Origin: Bacillota bacterium
GTDB lineage: Bacteria; Bacillota; Sulfobacillia; Sulfobacillales; Sulfobacillaceae
DNA: 64,000 nt
Assembly (NCBI GenBank): GCA_026627385.1
Contig: JAPNUR010000005.1
Location: 94,498-158,497, forward strand
Reading direction: 5' to 3'
In this document: positions 57,320 through 64,000 of the stretch, in pieces
How the letters are laid out: each line of letters opens with the position of its first letter
How positions within the stretch are numbered: position 1 is the first letter of the stretch
The notes under the pieces: model-generated
The model's database searches: none
What the model was told of the DNA's origin: nothing
The model's input: only the letters and a program-made list of their open reading frames with translations
Made by a program: the position numbers and the translations under genes

Positions 57320-58357
57320 TTATGGCTCGGGCACCATTAAGGGTTTGGCCGGCACAGACAGCGGCTGTGTCCCACCTAAATGGCGTACCAAAAATTGGTC
57401 GATGTGCTCCGCGAGATACGGGATCCCCGGGTGAATAGGCCCACCCACGGGGACCAGCTCGTGGCCCGCGTGATGCACCAGAATTTCTTTGACGGCATCG
57501 CCCGCTTTTTTCAACTTGACTTTGAGTAAGTGCGACTGTTGCGGGGGCACAATGTGATCCCGTGTCCCTTGAATAATGAGAAAAGGCGGAGACTTGCGGT
57601 GGACGTAGGACACGACACTTTCCCGCTTGACGCGCTTCCAGGTATACACGCCGTACACCGGATTGGGCTTTAACCCATGGTGTCGGCGCCACTGAATGGC
57701 AAAGGTTTTGCGGTCAGTCGGCCCAAAAAGGTCCACCACCGCTTTCACCACGGGTTGCCCATGCTCCTTCATGGTTAGCCCGACGAAGCTGGATAACTCC
57801 CCGCCGGCGCTGTCACCCATTACCGCCATCCGATCCGGATTAATGCCAAGCATGTGCGCATTGTCCAGCAAATACATCACCGCATGCTTGACATCTTCCA
57901 GGGGAATGGGCCAAGGATGCAGCGGCGCTAACTGGTAATTGACCGACACAAAATCATACCCCTGACTAATGAGCTTGCGCTCCACGGCAACCAGCAGCCG
58001 ATTGTGGGGAGTATTGGCATTAGTAATCATGGCGCTGCCAAAGCGCAACGCTCCACCGTGAATGTAAACGACCACCGGCCTGGGCAAAATCGACGGTTTA
58101 GCGGGATGAAATAAAAACAAGGTGAGAGGCTGGCGCCCTGCCATCTCGTAAACGAGCCGTTCCCTAACCCCCATAAGCCCTTCATTCCACGTTGGCGGTT
58201 TGGGAATGGGCAACAGATGCGCCGGGTGCAAAGCCACAGCCGTTGGTGCTGCGGCGTAGACCGTCGACGTGGCCAACGCCACACTGAAGACACTGGTTGC
58301 GAAAAATGCTGCCACTCGTTTGAGCATGATCTCACACCATTTCGTCCAGAAACTCAT
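57320..58357 (-). CDS. Secreted alpha/beta hydrolase (esterase/lipase, HSL-like)
   Basis: Contains a signal-like segment, the oxyanion motif YIHGGALRFG and the nucleophile elbow GDSAGG. The start may be the internal ATG at 58327. Confidence 0.8.
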   Translation of the reverse strand: MSFWTKWCEIMLKRVAAFFATSVFSVALATSTVYAAAPTAVALHPAHLLPIPKPPTWNEGLMGVRERLVYEMAGRQPLTLFLFHPAKPSILPRPVVVYIHGGALRFGSAMITNANTPHNRLLVAVERKLISQGYDFVSVNYQLAPLHPWPIPLEDVKHAVMYLLDNAHMLGINPDRMAVMGDSAGGELSSFVGLTMKEHGQPVVKAVVDLFGPTDRKTFAIQWRRHHGLKPNPVYGVYTWKRVKRESVVSYVHRKSPPFLIIQGTRDHIVPPQQSHLLKVKLKKAGDAVKEILVHHAGHELVPVGGPIHPGIPYLAEHIDQFLVRHLGGTQPLSVPAKPLMVPEP

Positions 58358-58789
58358 GCCTTAGATTTATCATCTCGAAAAAGTCCAGCTAAAATTCAGT
58401 CCTGCCTATAATATAACGCACAGAGCGAATGGATGGCGACGGGTAGACGGCCTCTGGCCCTGTTTCTCTATTTGTGGCGGTACGTCCGCGCGCCACCGTG
58501 TGCCGTTGACTGATTATTTGTCCGTGCTAAACGGGCTTGAGCTCCTCATTCCGATCGCATCGGGATCTGTCTTGCTGAAGGCTATTCCGATTTCCGCTGA
58601 TGTGCAATGGCGTCTTCTATTTTTTGTTTTTGAGAGGCGGTGGACTGTCCTAGCGGAGCTTCTGCGCCAGCCGGCCCGCCTACTTCTGCTCAGCAGGCGC
58701 CATGAAAGACGTGCGGACCCGGCCGTTACAGACGGAGCAATCGCGCGGCGATTGCATTCCCTTTAGTGGACGAGGGGCTACGCTGTCAG

Positions 58790-59175
58790 AAACGGCGGCG
58801 GATGTTGCCGAAATTCTCGAGCTCTATCGCCTACGCTAGTAGATCGCACGGGCGTTTAAAGGCTGGAAAAGCCTCTTTCACATCGACGCACTGCGCGCAT
58901 TCGAACCCGATGTGGCCCCCAAACGTATCGCTTGGCAAATTTGTTTGAGGCCGCTCCCGTCAAGGCCATCCGGACCCGGCTTTTTCCCCTGCGGATTCTC
59001 GTTCGAAGCAATATCATCCTCCACCGTGTGGCGTATGTCCCGGCCGATTTGGCAGGACCTCCGCATCATCGTGCAGAAGGTGGACGATCTGGCCCATTGG
59101 TGCCTCTCCTCGCGGGCGTGGACGAAAGGCTCCAGGCGCGATCACGTAAAAGACGGCTCCCATGCGGGTCAATGA
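58790..59175 (+). pseudogene. IS4-family (DDE_Tnp_1) transposase, C-terminal remnant with tandem in-frame stops
   Basis: My translation gives DVAEILELYRLR-*-*-IARAFKGWKSLFHIDALRAF... Compare the IS4 family block A.LYRLRWQIELAFKRLKSLLHLD.L. TAG TAG sits where TGG CAG (W-Q) is expected. Upstream pieces (58500..58766) are in another frame. Confidence 0.5.
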
Positions 59176-59298
59176 TCTGTCAGGTTAGCGCGTATGGGGT
59201 CATGCCCCCTCTTCCATCAGAAGGTCAGGATCCGGGTCAACACCTCATCCCAATCGCCGTCACCCGCTCTTCATGAGCACGCTTCAGACGGCCGTTGG

Positions 59299-60678
59299 CT
59301 AACGTTCAACTTTGGGGAGTTGTTTGAGACTCTCTTCCGTCCAGCTCGGGTCGAAGGCGACATCTTTCATTCGACCTGTGAGATAATCGTCATAAGCCGC
59401 CAAATCAAAGTGTCCATGGCCGGACAGATTAAAGAGGATAATTCTTCGGTCCCCTGCCTCCCGGGCGGCCAAGGCTTCGTCAATGGCCCCTCGAATAGCG
59501 TGGGCACTTTCCGGCGCCGGCAAAATCCCTTCAGTTTTGGCGAACTGTAAAGCAGCTTGAAAGACTTGGGTTTGCCCATAGGCTCGTGCGCCAATCACCT
59601 GGTCATGATATAGCTGGGAAACGAGAGGCGAATCTCCGTGGTAACGCAGCCCGCCCGCATGGATGCTTGCCGGCACATAACTGTGCCCCAAGGTGTACAT
59701 TTGCATAATAGGGGTCATACCGACGGTGTCGCCAAAGTCAAAGGCAAATGCGCCTTGGGTGAGCGTAGGACAAGCTTCCGGCTCAATGGCTAGTACCCGT
59801 GGCTGAGCTTTGCCACTCAAAATATCTTGCACGAAAGGAAACGCTATGCCGCCAAAATTACTGCCTCCGCCGCAGCTGGCGAGTACCACGTCAGGATAGC
59901 GATCGACTGCGGCCAATTGTTTTTTCGCTTCTAGGCCGATGACCGTTTGATGCAGCAGCACATGGTTTAACACACTGCCCAACGCGTAATTGGTGTCATC
60001 ACGGTTGAGCGCTTCCTCAACAGCTTCACTGATGGCAATTCCCAAACTGCCCGGCGAATCCGGATCCTCGGCCAAAATGGCGCGGCCGGCAGCTGTCCTG
60101 GCAGTAGGGCTGGCGTAAACGGTGGCGCCGTAGCTTTCCATGAGCAGGCGCCGGTATGGCTTTTGGTTATAACTGATCTTGACCATGTACACCGTGCACT
60201 TCATACCTAAAAAGGCCGCCGCAATCGAAAGTGCCGTTCCCCATTGACCCGCCCCGGTTTCGGTAACCAGGTTCTCGATGCCCTCTTCTTTGTTGTAATA
60301 GGCTTGAGCAATCGCCGTATTCAATTTATGGCTCCCGGCCGGGCTCACGCCTTCGTACTTGTACCAAATCTCCGCTGGCGTATCCAAGAGCTGTTCGAGG
60401 CGACGCGCACGAAATAACGGGGAGGGACGCCACAGGCGATAGAATTCCTGTACGGCCTCCGGAATCTCGATCCAGCGTTCTTGCGTCATTTCTTGTTGTA
60501 GGAGCGCCATCGGAAAAATTTTGGCCAGCTCTTCTGGTTTGGCGGGTTTGCCGGTTGCCGCGCTTATCGGAGGGGGAGGCAAGGTTTTCATATCGGCTTG
60601 AATGTTATACCAATGCGTCGGATATTCGGACGCATCCAGGATGACCTTGGTTCCGTCAAAGTGTGTCACAAAAAACAC
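59299..60678 (-). CDS. TrpB-like PLP-dependent enzyme (tryptophan synthase beta chain, TrpB2 type)
   Basis: 459 aa, long-form. Contains [29 protein letters not shown] and the GGGSNFGG glycine loop. Confidence 0.85.
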   Translation of the reverse strand: MFFVTHFDGTKVILDASEYPTHWYNIQADMKTLPPPPISAATGKPAKPEELAKIFPMALLQQEMTQERWIEIPEAVQEFYRLWRPSPLFRARRLEQLLDTPAEIWYKYEGVSPAGSHKLNTAIAQAYYNKEEGIENLVTETGAGQWGTALSIAAAFLGMKCTVYMVKISYNQKPYRRLLMESYGATVYASPTARTAAGRAILAEDPDSPGSLGIAISEAVEEALNRDDTNYALGSVLNHVLLHQTVIGLEAKKQLAAVDRYPDVVLASCGGGSNFGGIAFPFVQDILSGKAQPRVLAIEPEACPTLTQGAFAFDFGDTVGMTPIMQMYTLGHSYVPASIHAGGLRYHGDSPLVSQLYHDQVIGARAYGQTQVFQAALQFAKTEGILPAPESAHAIRGAIDEALAAREAGDRRIILFNLSGHGHFDLAAYDDYLTGRMKDVAFDPSWTEESLKQLPKVER

Positions 60679-60827
60679 TCCTTTTATTGAGAGGGAATAT
60701 GCCTCTTATGGTAACCGCCCTGAGTGCAACACGCAACTTGATCTCCCGTCACACCATCTGATTCTGGTTCTCCGGAGAACGAGGGGATATGTGCATGCAC
60801 ATACCCCCCCTTTTGACTCATTACGCA

Positions 60828-63335
60828 TCAACACTTCGAGTACCCGCACGACTCACAGTGCTGACAGCCCTCTTCGTAAATTAGTGTGGGCGCATCACAC
60901 TGGGGACAGAGGTCGAACGTCGGCGTAGATATTCGCCGTTCGCCGACCATCTTGGCCAGCGACTGGGGTTCGGCGACTGTTGCCGCGGTCTCGCCATGCG
61001 TACCGTTCAGGTGGCTTTCGAGGAGCTTACCAATCGCATCAACGACACTTAAGACACGGCCTGGCCCAAATCCCATTTGATTGGCGCCGCCAATCCCTTT
61101 TAACTGCTCCGCGACCAGTTCTAAGCGGCGTCGGGGGCTCAAGCTGCCATTGGAGCGCAAATAAAGGCTGATAATGCGTCCAAGCGCTTCCATAAAGGAC
61201 TGCACCTCCGATCCCGCGCGCCCCAGCAGCATAAACACTTCAAAGGGGTTGCCGTCCACTTCATTAATGACCACCCGCGCCGTTCCCGCCGGCGTCTCTT
61301 TGCGGTAGGTGCGTCCGTTCACCTGGGCAGGGACGGGAAATACCTCCACGTCAACGCCGGTATCAATGGGCGCCGGGGCGGATGAATCGCCCTCGTGCGG
61401 CGTTGCCGCTAAATGCAGCACTTGCTCCTGACGACTCTGATCGCGGTAAATGGTCACGCCTTTGCACCCGAGGTCGTAAGCAAGCTCGTAGAGTCGCGCC
61501 GTATCTTCCACCGTGTAGTGACTGGGCGCATTGGCCGTCTTCGAGATGCTGGAATCGGTCCACCGCTGAATCGCCGCTTGCACGGCCACATGTTCTTCCG
61601 GCGTCAAATCCATGGCCCCGACAAAATAGTCGGGCAGCGGTTCTCCTGGGTGAGCGTCAATCCATTCTTGGGCCACTGCTACATATTGTTCGTCAAAGCC
61701 GAGTCTCGACTGACGATAATAGGTGAGCGCGTAAAAGGGCTCAATACCGGTGCTGGTTCCTACCATGGACCCGACAGTTCCCGTCGGGGCTTGGGTCAGA
61801 ATGGTCACATTGCGCGTCCCGTATTGGCGCACGGCCTCCCGCACCTCCTCCGGCATGCGCTGCATAAACCCGCTTTGGAGATATTTTTCCGCATCAAAAG
61901 CCGGAAAGGCCCCTTTTTCTTTCGCAAGCTCGACGTCGTAAAGGTACGCTTCAGTGGCAATAAACCGGTACAATTTATCAATAAACTGAATCGATTCGCG
62001 GCTCCCGTAACGGAGGCGCAAGCGAATTAATAATTCGCCTAGTCCCATCGTGCCTAGCCCGATGCGGCGTTCCTTATGCTGATTGTCGTCATTCTCCTGG
62101 AAGAAATATGGCGTCGCGTCAATAATGTCGTCCAAAAACCGGGTGCCCATGCGCACGGTGACCCGTAGCGCCTCCCAATTGACGTCATGACGCGCTGGGT
62201 CGTAGAACGCCGCCAAATTGATGTGACCCAAGGTGCAGACGCCCCAGGCGGGCAGTGGCTGTTCGGCACACGGATTGGTGCTAATCAATGGATTAAAGTA
62301 CCAGCTGTTGGAGTCCTTTTCGTGCCGCTCGTCGAACACGATGCCGGGCTCCGCAGCCTGCCAGGCCCCTTCGATAATCGCCCGCCACAGATCGCGGGCT
62401 TTGACCGTTTCATAATGCACTACGGGTTTGCCCAGGCTGCGCCATTTTTCCAAATTGCCGTCCCACAGCGCGTCATAGTCCGGATCATTCGTGTCGGGAA
62501 ACACTAATTCCCAATCTCCATCCCGCTTGAGCGATTCCATGAACGCGTCAGAAATGCGCACGCTAATATTGGCATTTTCCACCATACCCGGTGTCTTCTT
62601 AACCTCAATGAAGCGCCAGATGTCGGGATGCCAGTCCTCGATTTGCAACATTAACGCCCCTCGTCGGCTGCCACCTTGCTCCACTAAACCGGTTGCCCGC
62701 GAAAAGAGGTCCATCCACGATACCGCGCCCGACGAGCGCCCGTTGACGCCCCGCACAATGGCTCGATAAGGGCGCAACGACGAGACATTAATGCCCACCC
62801 CGCCCCCGCGACTCATAATCTCAATCATTTGTCCTAATGTTTCGACAATTCCTTGCCGGCTATCCCGGGGGGAGGGAATGACGTAGCAATTGAAAAAGGT
62901 CAATTGCTGGCCGGTGCCGGCCCCAGCCCAAATGCGGCCGCCCGGCACAAAGCGAAAGGCCGCAATTTCCCGGGCAAAACTTTCTTCCACATCGGCGCGC
63001 ACTTTCGCATCCTCCACCGCCGCCACGCCGCGGGCGATGCGCCGCGCCACCTCTTCGATAGTGGTTTCTATTGGGCGGTCGCAGTCGCTAAAACGCCGCT
63101 CAATCACGTCCCCTTTTTGCGGCCCGGTCAGCAATTCAATGGATAACCACTGGTGATCCAAAATAGCCTTCACCACACCGATATCTTTCTTTGGCCACTT
63201 CGGATGAGGTTCGACTAAAGCAATGACGAGATCGCCGACGTGAAACGATCGCGCCGGATCTTTCATGGTGTATCGATCTAGAAAAATTTTCCAGCTTAAT
63301 TCAGAAGAAAATCCTGTTTCTAATGCCATCTGCAT
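60828..63335 (-). CDS. nrdJ: Adenosylcobalamin-dependent (class II) ribonucleotide reductase with a C-terminal zinc ribbon
   Basis: 835 aa. Contains GGGVGINVSSLRP, SNPCAEQPLP (active-site Cys/Glu region), TGIEP and the C-terminal CPQC...CQHCESCGYSKC. Confidence 0.9.
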   Translation of the reverse strand: MQMALETGFSSELSWKIFLDRYTMKDPARSFHVGDLVIALVEPHPKWPKKDIGVVKAILDHQWLSIELLTGPQKGDVIERRFSDCDRPIETTIEEVARRIARGVAAVEDAKVRADVEESFAREIAAFRFVPGGRIWAGAGTGQQLTFFNCYVIPSPRDSRQGIVETLGQMIEIMSRGGGVGINVSSLRPYRAIVRGVNGRSSGAVSWMDLFSRATGLVEQGGSRRGALMLQIEDWHPDIWRFIEVKKTPGMVENANISVRISDAFMESLKRDGDWELVFPDTNDPDYDALWDGNLEKWRSLGKPVVHYETVKARDLWRAIIEGAWQAAEPGIVFDERHEKDSNSWYFNPLISTNPCAEQPLPAWGVCTLGHINLAAFYDPARHDVNWEALRVTVRMGTRFLDDIIDATPYFFQENDDNQHKERRIGLGTMGLGELLIRLRLRYGSRESIQFIDKLYRFIATEAYLYDVELAKEKGAFPAFDAEKYLQSGFMQRMPEEVREAVRQYGTRNVTILTQAPTGTVGSMVGTSTGIEPFYALTYYRQSRLGFDEQYVAVAQEWIDAHPGEPLPDYFVGAMDLTPEEHVAVQAAIQRWTDSSISKTANAPSHYTVEDTARLYELAYDLGCKGVTIYRDQSRQEQVLHLAATPHEGDSSAPAPIDTGVDVEVFPVPAQVNGRTYRKETPAGTARVVINEVDGNPFEVFMLLGRAGSEVQSFMEALGRIISLYLRSNGSLSPRRRLELVAEQLKGIGGANQMGFGPGRVLSVVDAIGKLLESHLNGTHGETAATVAEPQSLAKMVGERRISTPTFDLCPQCDAPTLIYEEGCQHCESCGYSKC

Positions 63336-63811
63336 TATTCCCCCCGTGATTTTTGCTGATGAGCATCAATTAACCGCTCAAGTTCCTGGCGAAATCCTTC
63401 GATGTCGGTAAACTGACGGTAGACCGATGCAAAGCGGACATACGCGACTTCGTCGAGATCCCGAAGCTCTTGCATGACGAAATCTCCAATGAGGCGCGTC
63501 GGCACTTCGCCTTGCGCCTGGTCGCGGACCTTGCGCTCGACGTGGTCCACCACCTGCTCTAATGATTCCAATGGCACCGGGCGCTTCTCGCAGGCGGTCA
63601 GCAACCCGTTTAAAATCTTCCGGCGATCAAAGGCTTCTCGGCGGCCGTCTTTTTTCACGACCCAGATAGGAATGTCTTCAACCCGCTCGTACGACGTAAA
63701 CCGTCGGTGACACGCGAGACACTCACGCCGACGACGAATGGCTCGTCCATCTTCAGTCGGTCGCGAATCGAGCACTTTGCTGTCGTCAAAGTGACAAAAG
63801 GGACATCTCAT
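63335..63811 (-). CDS. nrdR: Transcriptional repressor NrdR
   Basis: Contains [45 protein letters not shown] (zinc ribbon) plus an ATP-cone. Its stop overlaps the nrdJ start (TAATG). Confidence 0.95.
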   Translation of the reverse strand: MRCPFCHFDDSKVLDSRPTEDGRAIRRRRECLACHRRFTSYERVEDIPIWVVKKDGRREAFDRRKILNGLLTACEKRPVPLESLEQVVDHVERKVRDQAQGEVPTRLIGDFVMQELRDLDEVAYVRFASVYRQFTDIEGFRQELERLIDAHQQKSRGE

Positions 63812-63905
63812 TGTTGATCCCCTTTATATAGTGCATGACTTATTATTTACCATACAACTTCTGGGGTCAAAGGTTAAAAAAGAATTTCCAAGGGGTTGTT
63901 AGAGC

Positions 63906-63932
63906 AAAAAACCCGCGATTTGCGGGTTTTTT
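63906..63932. terminator. Bidirectional rho-independent terminator
   Basis: AAAAAACCCGC-GATTT-GCGGGTTTTTT. In minus-strand sense it would terminate a gene lying beyond the right edge of the window. Confidence 0.6.
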
Positions 63933-64000
63933 CGACACACACGCGCGGTTAGCGTTTTATTTGAGTAAACTGTAGGCCCATATGCCCGAACCGACCAACA

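Noticed and set aside
63853-63868. Second NrdR box at about 31-bp phasing from the first candidate
   Set aside because: The sequence there (TATTTACCATACAACT) matches the palindromic consensus at too few positions.

Overview
This is a visibly GC-rich chromosomal segment; I did not compute the GC value. It comes from an endospore-forming Firmicute, shown by SpoIVA and an alpha/beta-type SASP. The gene content and style suggest a high-GC Clostridia- or Sulfobacillus-like lineage, but that is inference only. All product calls come from reading the supplied translations and recognising motifs by eye; no database search was run.

Most of the window is densely packed housekeeping DNA, mainly on the minus strand:
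- Central metabolism: zwf plus a short beta-hydroxyacid/6PG-type dehydrogenase, aconitase, ppa and ndk.
- SAM by-product and polyamine genes: mtaD, ahcY, mtnP and speH.
- Replication and translation: dinG, surE, der, prfC and nrdR-nrdJ.
- Metals and transport: copA, corA, an Opp/Dpp-type ABC importer without ATPase genes, and MFS transporters.
- One tRNA-Pro(GGG).

Two stretches are decayed mobile DNA:
- 5997-9400 holds a frameshifted MFS gene, an IS256-family transposase fragment, and a TnpB-only IS200/IS605-type element with an internal stop.
- About 58790-59175 holds an IS4-like transposase remnant.

The most interesting signal is at 33.2-36.6 kb. Two convergent genes each carry an in-frame TGA exactly where the redox-active Cys should be. 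One is a peroxiredoxin (FYPLAFTGG-U-TQE). The other is an AhpF-N-terminal/PDO-like double-thioredoxin-fold protein (APT-U-AFC-P). Each TGA is followed at matching distance by a SECIS-like hairpin with a G-rich apical loop. This suggests a pair of selenocysteine proteins that could form a dedicated peroxide-reduction relay. Their neighbours are an MmyB-like HTH regulator, a Cys-to-Asp rhodanese domain and a cysteine synthase. No CRISPR array, rRNA or obvious defence island was seen.
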